Origin: Rebecca billardiae RCC1528
Lineage: Eukaryota > Protista > Haptophyta
DNA length: 64,000 bases
NCBI GenBank assembly: GCA_965240325.2
Contig: OZ251230.1
Location: 1,922,001 to 1,986,000 of the forward strand
Direction: 5' to 3'
Shown here: piece after piece, positions 1 to 12,900 of the stretch
Layout: each line of letters opens with the position of its first letter
Numbering within the stretch: the stretch's first letter is position 1
Notes under the pieces: model-generated
The model's database searches: none
What the model was told of the DNA's origin: nothing
Seen by the model: only the letters and a program-made list of their open reading frames with translations
Position numbers and translations under genes: made by a program

Positions 1-215
1 TGCAGAAGCAGATGCAGATGGGCCCTCATATGCACCCTGGTGCGCCTAAGACCGGCGGGAGCGTCAGAGAGTAGAGACCGTCTCGGAGCGTCACTACTCA
101 CTATCTTGACCCGTGCCCGCGTTGCACACTCAATCTCCGCAGTTAGCTCCATCTCGGACGGTCAGCGACACTGCTACTATCAGCAGACGCAGATGGGTAT
201 CCGCAGATGTCGAAC

Positions 216-1004
216 TCACCACTCAGTTACCGCCTCGTTCTCCCACAGCGCACCACTTGGGCCGTCAGGTGGAAGCGTTGCTAGCAGCACTGCATTGCGA
301 GCGCCCACTGCCGGCGGCCTTGGCCCCTTGTGTGAGGACATGTCTGTGTCGCACCAACCAGGGCAGCATGCGTTGGCCTTCAGAGCGCTGCCCTCGCGCC
401 GGGCGAGCAGCTTGGTGTACGCAATCAGCGCGAGCTTAGAGAACGCATAGCTCGATCCGGACCATCCATGCACAAGATGTTCACCCGAAGCGACGTCGGC
501 CTCAAACTCTGCAACAAGTGCGCGCAGTTGTTCAAGCGTGAGTTCAGGATCGTTGAACTGATGTTGACGCGCAAGAGAGAGCTGACTCAGCGCCCCCTTC
601 ATCGACGCGACGAACACGACGCGAGCATCGCCTGCTTGGCGGAGGAGAGGTAAGAGCGCTTCGGTGAGGGCCACTGTGCCGTGAAAGTTGATCGCCACCG
701 TCGGCTTGCTCTGCTCCTTGAACGGAGTCGCATCTGCCTCCTTGAAAGCGAAGCCAGCGTTGTTGACGAGAACATCCAGAGATGAGTGTTCCTGCTGGAC
801 CTCGGCCGCGAATGCCTTCACGGACTCTAGGTCCGAGAGTTCAAGCGTGCCATGCCCGCACCCGAGCTCAGCAGCTGCGCGGGCGGCACAGCTCGGGTCA
901 CGGCTGGTAATGATCACGGCAAAGTTCAGGGCGATCAGCTGCCGCGCAATATGGTAACCGATGCCGCGATTCCCTCCCGTCACGACAGCAAGCGGCCTGC
1001 GCAT
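216..1004 (-). CDS. Short-chain dehydrogenase/reductase, carbonyl reductase (CBR1)-like, intronless
   Basis: TGGNRGIG Rossmann motif, NNAG, YAFSK (YxxxK), NACCPGWCDTDM. First ATG in the ORF is at 1004 (MRRPLAVV). Confidence 0.9.
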   Translation of the reverse strand: MRRPLAVVTGGNRGIGYHIARQLIALNFAVIITSRDPSCAARAAAELGCGHGTLELSDLESVKAFAAEVQQEHSSLDVLVNNAGFAFKEADATPFKEQSKPTVAINFHGTVALTEALLPLLRQAGDARVVFVASMKGALSQLSLARQHQFNDPELTLEQLRALVAEFEADVASGEHLVHGWSGSSYAFSKLALIAYTKLLARREGSALKANACCPGWCDTDMSSHKGPRPPAVGARNAVLLATLPPDGPSGALWENEAVTEW

Positions 1005-1081
1005 TGTTGATGTTATGAGCCGCCCCTCGCCGTCGGGCCGGTGCGTCCGTGCACGCCCCACGACACCCTTGGTTTCTCCAC

Positions 1082-2203
1082 CAAGGGTGTCCAGGCAAGG
1101 GTGTCCAGGGTCCGCAACAGCCAGTGCGCAGCGCGGGAGGCTGTGTCATCGCGAGGTCGCCGCTCGCCAGTGGCACTCGCCCGCCCGCCGCCGTGCACGG
1201 CGGCGGAGCCGCTCGCGCCGTGCGCTCCTGCGGCCGTCGGATCGGGCTGCGTAGGCGGCGCGCGGCTTGGGCCGTCGCTGAGCCACCCAGCGCCCCTCGC
1301 TGCGCCGCGCGCCTTCCTCGTCCTCGCCTCCTCCGCGCCTTGAAGCAGCACGCACACGCGCGGCGCCGCCACAAAAGCAGCGCAGGCGCTCGCGTGCAAG
1401 CGCGCGCGCGCAGCGCGCGACGGGCTCGACTCAGGGCTCGCGCCGCTGCGGGGGCATGCAGCACCATCACATGCGCGCGCGACGCCACCTCGAACTTGCG
1501 CATCGCTGTGACCGTCACGCGCCAAATGCTCACACGTCCTCGTGTTGAAGTAGGCCCAATCTGACCAGAACCTGCCATGCGTCAGGACGACTTCTTAGGC
1601 AAGACACGATGACAGCTACGTACGCGGCGCTTCTCAGCAAGCGTGGAGACCACAAGAGAAGCGCACGCAAGCATGACCGTCCCCGCATCGATCGCGTCGA
1701 CGTACTCAAGGCCCGTTGTGGAAGCTTCCGTCGCACGTGTGATGATGCCAAGTCAGACCATTTTGTAACGTGCATCAGCGTGCACTGACGGTCAAACGCG
1801 CAGGCTCGAGGTGGCGTCGCGCGCGCATGTGATAGCACTGCATGTCCCCGCAGAGGCTCGAACACCGAGTCGAGTCCGTCGCGCGCTGCGCGCGCGCGCT
1901 TGCACGCGAGCGCCTGCGCTGCTTTTGTGGCGGCGCCGCGCGTGTGCGTGCTGCTTCAAGGCGCGGAGGAGGCGAGGACGAGGAAGGCGCGCGGCGCAGC
2001 GAGGGGCGCTGGGTGGCTCAGCGACGGCCCAAGCCGCGCGCCGCCTACGCAGCCCGATCCGACGGCCGCAGGAGCGCACGGCGCGAGCGGCCCCGCCGCC
2101 GTGCACGGCGGCGGGCGGGCGAGTGCCACTGGCGAGCGGCGACCTCGCGATGACACAGCCTCCCGCGCTGCGCACTGGCTGTTGCGGACCCTGGACACCC
2201 TTG
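1082..2203. mobile_element. Foldback TIR element with ~400-bp arms and 7-bp TSD (P/Galileo-like signature)
   Basis: Arms 1096-1493 and 1806-2203 are inverted. Termini CAAGGG...CCCTTG. TCTCCAC lies at both 1075-1081 and 2204-2210. The left terminus is tandemly duplicated (1082-1095). Spacer 1494-1805 is unique. Confidence 0.85.
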
Positions 2204-3432
2204 TCTCCACGGAGCCGATCCGGACTCATTCTACAGGGTCTCCAACATTACACTGGACACTTTGGGCAGCAGCTCAGCGTACGGCCTGTGGCTGCCTCGC
2301 GCGGGGTCAGGAGCGGCCAGCTCGGCTCGTGTGCACCCCACTAGGTCTGTCTGCGACCGCGCATAGCCGGGCAGCCCGCGTGGAGCACCCCTCTGGGTCA
2401 TGCGGACAGTCGGCACAAGGCTGGTCGTGAGGGCCGTGAAGCAGCCGTGCCTGGCTTCTGCGCATCGGTCTGTAGCCAGCAAGGCCGCTCAAGGCCGCGC
2501 AGATATTATTACGTGGCATGGTCGATGACTATGCGGCATGCGCTCGACAGCCCTGGGCAAGCCCGGACGTAGCGCTACACCAGGAGTATATACGGCCCGA
2601 TCGGACCAGCCTACCAGTTGCGCACCTCGCTTGCACAGCTGCTGCACAGCCCATCGATCGGCTCTGGCCGTGCAGGCAAGGGCTACAGTCGGCGCCACTA
2701 CCCGCAGCGAACGCTGGAGACCCACCAGTGCGCGCACCAACCCGCCCGCCGCCAAATGCAACCGTGCGCCAGATACGAATTTTAGCAGGCATGCCACCCG
2801 CGGGGGCTCCGTGCGGACCTGTTCAGGGCCCGAACCGCTAGTCGGTTGAGCTGTACATCCAAGCCAGCCCTGGCCACACGCTGAGCGCGCCGCTCGCTGC
2901 ACCCACACCCTGTCGTCATCCGAGGAGTAAGGTCCATGGCGCTCACGTGAGCCTCTGGCCCATCTCATCGTTAGCAGCCGTAGTCAGCAAAAATCAGTGT
3001 CCGAACAATTGTTGGGGACCCTTTATGATTTGAAGGCGCTCGGCCGCGGCGGCACCGCTGCCGCGGGGGGCGTTGCGCCAGCTGGACAAACGGTCAAACT
3101 CCTTCCGGTCGTTTAAGATCTGCGCTTTTCAAAACGAAATGTTCTGCGCTCTGTCCAGTTGTGTGACGTTGAATTCGGATCCTGAAATGTTTCGGACGCC
3201 GAAAGGCTCGGGCGCTGAAAGCGCCCGAGCCCACCCTTGAGGTCCGGAGGCGCACACCGTACCCGCTTGCAGTGTTTGGTTTGAAGTTTCACGGCACCCC
3301 GCGTTCTCCCGCATACAATCGCATCAAAACATGAGACGGCTTAGAATAGTGAGTGTGCATGACCCGTTGCACGGGTGAGTAACCGTGAGCGTATGAAAAA
3401 ACGACAAGCGCAATGCTTCTCAAGTAACCTTT

Positions 3433-4791
3433 TTTTCTCGGCGCCCAAAAAAGTTTTCTTCCGCGCGAAAAAAAATTTTCCTTCGCGCGAAAAAAGTTTT
3501 CCTTCGCGCCAAAAAAAGTTTCCTTCGCGCCAAAAAAAGTTTCCTTCGCGCCAAACAGTTTTTTCTTTCGCCGCTGCCGCGCGGGGGCTGCCCAGCCGTG
3601 CCGCCGCTTGCGAGCGGCGGGCAGGCGGCGGCCCGGCTTGCGCACCCGCGGTGCGGCGGCTTGTGAGGGCGTGCTCCGCTGGGCGGGGCGCGCGCCGGGT
3701 GTGCCCGCGGAGCCGGCGCGTGCGGACGGGCTGTTGCGGCAGAGCTTCGGGCGCCCTCCTGCGCCGCGCGTCTTGCGCCACGCCTCTCTCGCCTCGCCTC
3801 AGGGCAGCGCGCACGCGCGCGCCGCCTCGAGGCCAGCGCTGCCCGCGCCGCACGGCCGACCGCGCGCGCGCCGTGCGCGGCATGGTCGGGAAGGAACGGG
3901 CGCTGCGTGCCGGGCGAGTTGGCGACACCACAGGCGCACGCCATGCCGTCACGCGACGCCGCAAAAAGGCACGAAAGTTGATCTGCAGAAGCTGTTGACG
4001 AGTGCTGATTACTTGTCGTTCCAAGCCAGACCTGAGCTTGAGGAAGATGATGAAAGAGCATCAGCGCCAGAAAAGCGTCGCATTCCGCACTTCTACACGC
4101 CCCTACAGGGATGAGCATCCATGCGCAAGAGTAGCCCGCGCGCCCGTCTGGCACTGATCTGTGTCTCTGTGATCGTTCAGACAAGGGTCACAGCATGGCT
4201 GTGCACACCATCTGTGCGCGAAGTCGAAAGAGGCATGCAAATGGGCCGACGACACGCTCGTCAAGGCGTCGCGTGGCGGCATGGCGTGCGCCTGTGGTGT
4301 CGCCAACTCGCCCGGCACGCAGCGCCCGTTCCTTCCCGACCACGCCGCGCACGGCGCGCGCGCGGTCGGCCGTGCGGCGCGGGCAGCGCTGGCCTCGAGG
4401 CGGCGCGCGCGTGCGCGCTGCCCTGAGGCGAGGCGAGAGAGGCGTGGCGCAAGACGCGCGGCGCAGGAGGGCGCCCGAAGCTCTGCCGCAACAGCCCGTC
4501 CGCACGCGCCGGCTCCGCGGGCACATCCGGCGCGCGCCCCGCCCAGCGGAGCACGCCCTCACAAGCCGCCGCACCGCGGGTGCGCAAGCCGGGCCGCCGC
4601 CTGCCCGCCGCTCGCAAGCGGCGGCACGGCTGGGCAGCCCCCGCGCGGCAGCGGCGAAGCAAAAAACTTTTTGGCGCGAAGGAAACTTTTTTTGGCGCGA
4701 AGGAAACTTTTTTTGGCGCGAAGGAAAACTTTTTTCGCGCGAAGGAAAACTTTTTTCGCGCGGAAGAAAACTTTTTTGGGCGCCGAGAAAA
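3433..4791. repeat. ~530-bp inverted repeat with 21-bp subterminal tandem arrays
   Basis: 3433-3960 vs 4265-4791 inverted. About 5 copies of AAAAAAGTTTCCTTCGCGCC-like units at ~3447-3560, mirrored at ~4664-4780. Spacer 3961-4264. Confidence 0.9.
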
Positions 4792-4987
4792 TAACTCGAG
4801 GAAAAAGATCCGCGGCCCCGGCCGTGCTACGCAAACGATATCCGCCTCGATGACCCCTTGCTGGCACTACGGTGGCAAGTGGCAGACTGACTGGCTACCA
4901 CTCTCACAACTCACTGTCTGAAACCGACACGGTGACGGTGACCATTTAGACCAACTTAGCCGACCGGGCATCTGTTGAGGAGACTGA

Positions 4988-5218
4988 GTGACGACCAGCC
5001 GGGGTCATCGTGCGGCGCTGAAGGCGAGTGAAGCCTGGCCAGACCTGTGACTGGCAGTGACTGAGTGGTCACTGCACCTGACCACCCGTACGGCCCGCCT
5101 CACCAGCACGGCCGATGACGACCAGCCGGGGTCATCGTGCGGCGCTGAAGCCTGGCCAGACCTGTGACTGAGTGGTCACGGCACCTGACCACCTACGGCC
5201 CCCTCACCAGCACGGCCG
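4988..5218. repeat. Imperfect direct tandem duplication (~105-125-bp unit)
   Basis: TGACGACCAGCCGGGGTCATCGTGCGGCGCTGAAG...CACCAGCACGGCCG occurs at ~4989 and ~5117. Confidence 0.8.
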
Positions 5219-7719
5219 TAACGGGCGTCTGTACAGAGTAGTGCGTCCGACCGGGCCGCCCTCCAGCACGAGCCGCACGCTAGGTGGCGCGCTCCTTCCG
5301 CTTCCCTGCCGATTCAGATTTGACACCTGGCATCAATGGTCCAGTGAGCTGCGGCTGCTGCAGCCGCAACGTGCTGGCGCGGTGAGACAGTGCGGACCAA
5401 GACCACAGCGGCACCGCGCGTGCGGCTCTCGTGGCAGCATCCGCACCGCGCGCGCAGGCGAAGAGTTTAGAGCGTAACGCAGGGCGACGCGCGCGCGCGG
5501 CGAGCGAGCCGGGTCACCACCGCCCGCATTCACATGCAGCCCCCGCGCGCGCGGCGCGCACCATGACCATCCGCCCCAGTGCCATAGTGCGCAGCGCGGC
5601 GCCGCCGGGTCGCAGTTCATGGGTCGTTGGACCGCATGCCGTGGCGCGGCGCGACGGGCGCGGCGCGGCGTTGCCGCGCTTGCTTCTCCCGGGGGCCTGA
5701 GCCTACTGGCTGAGGCCCCCACGCGCGGCGGACTCCGCGCGCGCCCCACCTGATGTGCGCGCGGCGCGCGGCCGCAGCGCGCGGCGGGCGGCGCTGGCCA
5801 TCGAGCCTCATGCGGGGCGGGCGCCGTGCGGCGGTGCCGCTGGTGCGTATTCGGTCTCGTCAGATGCGTGCTCGGTCTCGTCAATCGTTACCCGCGTCGC
5901 TTGCGGCAGGCGGCCGCCCCCTTTAGCGGTTGTCGAGGCCAACCAACGACGCTTGGACGCCTACGGCCGCGCGAAGCGACGGCGCCGAGCGGGCGCGCGC
6001 GCCTGGTACGAGAGGTAGACTCCCACATCGTGCCTCCACACCCCGCCCGCGCCAGCGCACCCGCCCCTGGCGCTCTTCCCGCTCGTCGGCGGCGCTCGGC
6101 ACCCGAGCCGAGCCGAACGCGTGCACGGCGCACGACGCAGCGCGGCGCGACGGGCGCGGCGCGGCGCGCTCGGGCGAAAGTCCCCCGGGGCTCCGAGCGT
6201 ACGGGCCGACGCGCCCACTCGCGGCGCGCCCCGCGCGCGCCCCGCCAAATGCGCGTGTAGGCGCGAGGCGCGGGTCGACACGCTCGGGTGCTCGGCGCGG
6301 CCGTCAACAGCCCCCCCCCGCGAGTTGATGAGCGTCCCCGGATTCCATTTTCCGGACTCTGATTGATGCTACGCAAAGCCGCGGGGGCGGCCGTCCGTCG
6401 AAACGGACGTGCCCCCCCCGCGGAAAAAGGTCACTTGAGAAGCATTGCGTATGAAATCTCGCGGTTTTGTCGCTCGCGCTGCCGCATGGCTGACGTCCGC
6501 GCCGATCCGAGCGCAATGGTGCATTGCGAAGCCGATTCGCAATGCACCAATCCAATCCGCATGTCAATCGACCCAACCGTCGCTGAGAACGAACGACAAA
6601 ACCCAGGGCAGGTGTCCACCACGAAGCCACGCCGCGCGCGCGCTGGCAGCGTGAGCCGGCGCGGTTGCAAAGGGTTGCCCAAAGGCAGAGAGATCAGCCA
6701 ATGCGGCTACCTTCGGCAAGCACGCCACCTCAGCGTCAGCATCGGGTGGGGCCGTGACGATATATGCCCTTGGATGCGGCTCCAGCCAAACGGCTCTCGA
6801 CGCGGGGAGCCGCCATCGGCCGCGAGCGCGTACACAGATACACGTGCTGTCCTCGTAAACGAGGATTCAGGAGACGAGGCGCGGCCCGCGATGCGCAGGC
6901 AAGACCTAGGGAGTGGCTCACGTTTTGATCGCGTGTACGGGTACAGAAGGCGTGCGCACGCAACCGCACCGCCTTCGTGAAGCGCGTGGGCAAGCTGCTG
7001 AAGCTCTCACGATGCGCGCTTACTTCTCACCTCCGTGCGCTCGCCGACCGCTCACGCTGCCTTCCGCGCGGCGGACCTGGGAAACCTGCCACCTGGCGCG
7101 CACGACGCAGCGCGTAACGCGGAAGGTGGTAGATCTGCTGCTACGCTCCCGCTGCCGCCGCCGGCGGCGGCAGCGGCATGCCCACGATGCGGCGACGGTG
7201 ATGACTATCACTGCCAAAGTGTCGTTTTTTCGGCGCTCACGCGTGCAACGGGTCGCATCTTCCACAATCTCGGGAATCTAGAACGGCGCGGGGGTATCTC
7301 AGCGTAGTGCAAGGCTGCGTCGGACGCGGAAACATTCTGGTGCTGAAATGGTCAGCCATGTGTTTCGGCGACGACGAATCGCGCCGCGATTTAGGCTAGA
7401 AATTCCTGGAGTTCAGACTTGGAGGGTAGCTTCGCCCGCCCGAATCTGGTAGTAATGTTTGTCCGTGCGCGTGGCCACAACAAGGCCGACTCTCGTCGCG
7501 GTAAAAGTTGAAGTTCGGTGTCGCTCGGCGCTCGCCAACGTGCTCCGCTCCGCACGCCACGGCCTTCGCCCCTGCGTCCGCGTCCCGGTGCCGCAGGCTG
7601 CTGAGGCTGCCAACGGTCCGACGTGATGCCCACCGTGAGTGGATCATGACGCGTCTGCCGAACTGCACCTCTCACTACACCTTGACCTGTTTATCACTCG
7701 GTCACGACTCGGCACAGTG

Positions 7720-8667
7720 GGCTCCGGTCACTGTCCGGGACGTCCAGCAGGGGTGCATTCAGACTCTCTGGGGGGGTCTGGGGGGGTCTCCCCCCAGCCG
7801 ATCGAAGGACCAAATACGCCTCAATAAGGCCCCAACTCGCCAGAATTCGCATAGCAGACAGTGTTCGCTGGTGTTGGCTGAGGGCCGCGTCGTGCGGCGT
7901 CGGCTCTGCGCCGAGCGGCCATGACGCATTGCACACAGCCCCGATATCGGCGCCTCCCTCGCGAGTCAAGACGCAGCGCAGTGCAGGATCGAGCAACGCA
8001 TTGACCGCTGCGGCGCAGGCCGCCGCACCTCGTGGCGCGCTCGCGAACAAGCTCTGAGCAGCCAGCTGTGGCAGTCCTCTGAGGAGCTGCAGCCAAGCAC
8101 GAGCTCGTGCGCATGCCCGCGCCAGTACGAGCTGACGGCGCGGCCCGGGGCGCGAGCAGCTCGACGCCGACAAGCTCACGCGCACGCCCGCACCGCCGCG
8201 AGCTCAAGGGCGCGGCCGCCAGCGCGAGCAGCTCGACGCGGACAGCGCGCAGCTTGCTCGAGCCGACGAGCAGCTTCTCGCCCATCGGTGACTCTCAGTG
8301 CACGAAGGTGCACCCGGGGCGCGAGCGCGACAGGGTGCCGCGGCCAACCAGCGGCTGCGCCCGGATCAAGGCCTCCATGACGTCTCATCTCCTCGCCCGC
8401 TCCGCGGAACTCCATCGTGCGGGAGACCGGTCCGGGAGGCCAAAAAAAAGTTCAGCACGATGGAGTCCTCCATGTTCGACTGTGACGACGCGTTCAAACA
8501 CGTCGAGGCGTGAGAAGACGTCGATTACTTCGATGAGGACTACGTTACTTCGTCCGCCGCCCCGGAGATCTTTCGATTGGTACCATCATCGCCCTCTGGC
8601 TCCCAGGGGTTCGTCTGAATGCACCCCCCCATAGGGTCACTGGACGTCCCTGACCGTGGCTGGAGCC
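7720..8667. mobile_element. GGCTCC-terminus non-autonomous TIR element, copy 1 (4-bp TSD)
   Basis: Imperfect ~28-bp TIRs GGCTCCGGTCACTGTCCGGGACGTCCAG / CTGGACGTCCCTGACCGTGGCTGGAGCC. Flanks AGTG and CGTG. The empty site in the opposite arm (~12580-12600) has a single CGTG. Confidence 0.85.
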
Positions 8668-8881
8668 CGTGCGCGTCGGCTGCGGCCCCGCGGCAGCAGT
8701 GAGCTCGCACACCGGGCGCTCAACGTCACCTCAAGTACATGGGCATCTCGTGTGTTCTCAGTTTTCCGTGTAGGCTTGACCCCCAGGGCGTCGCTCTCCC
8801 CAAGCGGCGTGTTTGGATCGGCAAACCTTTTGCCATGGTTCTGGAGCCTTTCGGATCGGACCGCCACTTGCCGAATCCGCC

Positions 8882-9032
8882 ATCGTGCGGCCGGTTTGGC
8901 GGTCCGGAAAGGTTGCAGAACCAGGCAAAAGGTTTGTTTGGGGATCCGACGTTACCAAGATCGTGCGGCCGGTTTGGCGGTCCGGAAAGGTTGCAGAACC
9001 AGGCAAAAGGTTTGTTTGGGGATCCGACGTTA
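8882..9032. repeat. 78-bp tandem duplication
   Basis: ATCGTGCGGCCGGTTTGGCGG...GGGATCCGACGTTA occurs at 8882 and 8960. Confidence 0.9.
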
Positions 9033-9455
9033 TACTGCAGTCATGTTGTAACCCGGCCACTGTGTCCTTCTGTGGGCCCTTCTGGGTGTGAGCAGGTTGC
9101 ACCAACCCCCTCCTGAGCGTCTCGCGGCCCCGAGGCGCTGGCTGATTGAGACCCAGCCGTTTCATCTCCGCGACGTCGATTTTCTGGCGACGCCGCGGAG
9201 CGGCTGGCACTTTCCAGTAGCGGCGGCTCAGAGGCCGCCATCGTGCCGATGGCGAAGCGGCGCACGAAGCGGAACCTCGTCGAGCGAAGCCCCTCGCACG
9301 GAGGCGCGGGGGGCGCCAATGACGGCGCGCGCGCCGCCGCCGCGAATCGGAGCGGTCCGGATGGGTCTGGGCCGGCTGTCTCGCCTGGTGCGCGCCGCGT
9401 GCGCGCCGCGCTCACCGCACGCGCGCTGCTTGTTTGCACCCGGGTGGTTTTGGGC

Positions 9456-9997
9456 GCGACGGGCACATGTCGGGCAACAACAGCCGTATGACACACTTGG
9501 ACACACTTTGACGCGTTGGGGGGGCTGGTGGGGGTCATGCTTGACACGGCCCATGTGGCACCTTTTTGGTTCTCTTTGGTTCTCGGCCGCAATCCGTCAT
9601 CGCACTCACGCTGTGCGCATCTGGCCGCTCCCGTTACGCCCCGCCGTCCGCGCACGCCAGGCGAGCTGGTGAGTGTCCTCAGCAGTTCAACGTGCACCAG
9701 TCCCATCTACTAGAATGGGCCGGGTGGAGCCCTCATGGCAGCATTTTCGCCAGATGAGTAGCATGCGCGCAGCGTTCACCGCGCAAGCATTGCGTTCGTT
9801 GCCACCCGGGATGGCTTGGCGGTTGCGACGGGCACATCGGTCGGGCGACAACAGCCGTATGACACACTTGGACACACTTTGACGCGCTGGGAGGGCTGGT
9901 GGGGGTCATACTTGACACGGCCCATGTGAAACCGGCTTGGTTTTGTTTGGTTCTCGGCCGCAATCTGTCGTCTCACTCATGCGGTGCACATCTGGCC
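9456..9997. repeat. ~170-bp diverged direct repeat pair
   Basis: GCGACGGGCACAT...CAGCCGTATGACACACTTGGACACACTTTGACGCG...CATCTGGCC occurs at ~9456-9625 and ~9825-9997. Confidence 0.8.
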
Positions 9998-12900
9998 AGT
10001 CAAGTCGGTTGAGGTGCCCCCATCTCGGCGTGCGGAGGGCAAGTCGATGAGCAGCATTCAGCAGGTGGTGGCGCGCCTCCCCCGCACGCCGGCATAGTAA
10101 CCCCAGCCGCGCTACCCGCCGTTGACAAGCACCCTCGCCACGAGGACTTAAACGACGACGGACGAGGACGATACCGATTACCGGCGGCGCGCGCGCGAAG
10201 ATGAGTTGGATGAGCATCCAACTCATCTTCGCGCGCGCACTGTGACTGTGAGTGTGACAACAACAGAAGCTACTGTAACTTGCTCAGCTCGATGCCACCG
10301 TCCCGGGCGTCGTCACGTCGGCCTACGAAGTGACATCTCGGCCGCCGTCCCTGCGTTGGGCCTGCTGCAAGAGCCAGCGAACAGGTAGCTTATCTGCGAG
10401 TGCCGCCGCCGCGAGGCGGTGCCTTTCTTGCGCTCTCCGCGCGACAGTCGGAGACCATCAGCTTGGATGGGCCGGGCGAAGCCTCGTGCTCGGCGCTTAC
10501 GCCGCTTACGCCGCATGGGTGCCATACTCACCGTGCTCACACGGCACGGCTTGGTTATGCGTCGACACTGGTCAGTCTGAAGAGTGACGCCGGGACAGTG
10601 CCCCTATACTGCAGTGACTCGTGCAGCTGCGCGTGCTGCCGCTGCGGGTGCTACTGTCAGCTGAACACGGCCTCGTGACACAGCAGGACGCACTCTGAGA
10701 CTCTGAAGCATGGGAGTAGGCGAAGCTGCCAAAGCTCCACCTATCTGCTTCTGCCGTGAACACGAGGAGCAGCCTGTGCAGCTTGGGCTCTCGACGTTCG
10801 ACGTGCAACATCATGAGCATCATTGCAGCAAGTGCCTCACTGGCGCGGACGGGACTCACGACGATCGCGCGTTTGCACGGCCCTCGCATGGCAGCCTGAC
10901 GCGACAACGTGCTGGCTATCTACTGAGCCTACTGGAGCCGTGATCGCTCGGCTCGCCGGCGCGCGTGTGTCCACAGGAGTGCTCAAGCCGGCGCAGCGGG
11001 CCGTGGTGCCGTGAGACTGAGGGTACATGATGCGGCGTGAGCTGGCGTGAGGCTGTCAACATGGGTGGCATCAGCACAGGTGACAGCGCAGACAGGGACG
11101 GAACGCGTTACAGTGCGGACGGCGGAGGCGTAGGCGCTCGCGGGGGCGGCGACAGCGCGAGGGCAGGAGCGGGGACGGCGCAGCAGGGCCGAGGCGCCAT
11201 GCTGGCTCCGGTGCGGCGGGCTTGAAACGGCCGGCCGCTTTTACTGGAAAGCGCCCGCCGCTCCGCGCCAGCGCGGAGCTCGTCAGAAAAGGCGGGGTCT
11301 CAACCCGCCAGCCCGAGGCGGTAGCACCCCCCCCCTGCACCGGAAGTCCGGGGGCGCCAGCCCCCGGACCCACAGCGGGGGGTCCGGGGGGCCTCCCCCG
11401 GGGCCCCGCCGGCCCGAGGCGAAGAAATTTTTTGGCCCTTTTTGGCGCGCTTTCCTACCGGAACAGAACAGCATCGCCGAAGGCGCGCGCCCAAGACGAT
11501 GGCGGCGCTGGATTCCGCCCCGCGGCCCCCGGCCGCCCGGCCAAGCCGTGCGTTGTGCGCGTACGTGCAACAGAGAGCGCTGGTGGGCTGGCAGCGCGCT
11601 GGCACGCCATGTGTCTTCGTGCTACGGTCCGTGCTCAATCCAACCGCGACGGCAGGCAGACGCGGTGGCGCGGCGTCCGCGCCGCTCCCGGCCGTTGCGG
11701 GCTTGGTCAGCCCAGAGCGCACCGGTTGCGCTCGCCACGCGGTGGCATGGCAGTGGCCGAGCTTGGGCCGGGCTGGGGCGTCTGCTTGGGTGGGCACTTT
11801 GCGAGCAGCGACGCGCCGACCACCCTAGGCAGGGTGCCGCTCATGAATACCGAGTCGGCGGCCGAGTCCCTGGCAGGGGCGACGATTGCGGTCGCCAGTC
11901 CGCGGACGGCACGGTGGGCCGCGCCGACACGAGGCAGGTGCGGTGGCCCCTGGGCAGGCGCATATCGTGAGGTGGTGGATACGTGATGAAGACTACTATG
12001 ATATGAAGGTCACTCCCTGCGCCGCAGGCGCGCTCTCCAGAGTTCTGGTACCACTTGCTACACTGTGACAGCCACGGCCCGGGCCCGCGGCGCGCGCCTG
12101 CGCGAAGCACCCAACCATGGGCCTGCTGAAGTCGGGGTGCCTGCACCCCGCCCCCTGCGGCTGCAGCCTGCCAGCCTAGAGCTTGAGCAGGTTGCACCCC
12201 CCCCCCCCTGCAGCCCATCAGCCCTTCGAGCAGGGTGCACCTACCCCCTACAGAAGGACATGGGGGGGGGGCTTCAACATGACCGCAGTATTAGTATTAC
12301 CAAGGCCGTCCCGTCGTATCCCCAAACAAACCTTTTGCCTGGTTCTGAAACCTTTCCGGACCGCCAAACCGGCCGCACGATGGCGGATTCGGCATGGCGG
12401 TCCGGAAAGGCTCCAGAACCATGGCCAAAGGTTTGCCGATCCAAACACGCCGCTTGGGGAGAGCGACGCCCTGGGGGTCAAGCCTACACGGAAAATCGAG
12501 AACACACGAGATGCCCATGTACTTGAGGTGACGTTGAGCGCCCGGTGTGGGAGCTCACTGCTGCCGCGGGGCCGCCAGCCGACGCGCACGGTGCAGTCGT
12601 GACCGAGTGATGAACAGGTCAAGGTGTAGTGAGAGGTGCAGTTTCAGACGCATCGTGATCCACTCACGGTGGGCATCACGTCGGACCGTTGGCCGCCTGC
12701 GGCACCGGGACGCGGACGCAGGGGCGAAGGCCGTGGCGTGCGGAGCGGAGCACGTTGGCGAGCGCCGAGCGACACCGAACTTCAACTTTTACCGCGACGC
12801 GAGTCGGCCTTGTTGTGGCCACGCAGCTCGCACGGACAAACATAACTACAAGATTCGGGCGGGCGAAGCTACCCTCCAAGTCTGAACTCCAGGAATTTCT

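Larger units (their letters stand above)
3361..7254. mobile_element. TIR element with 4-bp TSD GCAT inserted into the left arm of the large element
   Basis: Termini GACCCGTTGCACG (3361) and CGTGCAACGGGTC (7254). GCAT at 3357-3360 and 7255-7258. The empty site (single GCAT) is visible in the opposite arm at ~13530-13542. Confidence 0.85.

Noticed and set aside
3447-3560. 21-bp repeats as CRISPR or a coding repeat (FFGAKET ORFs)
   Set aside because: Contiguous units mirrored in the opposite arm; these are subterminal repeats of a foldback.
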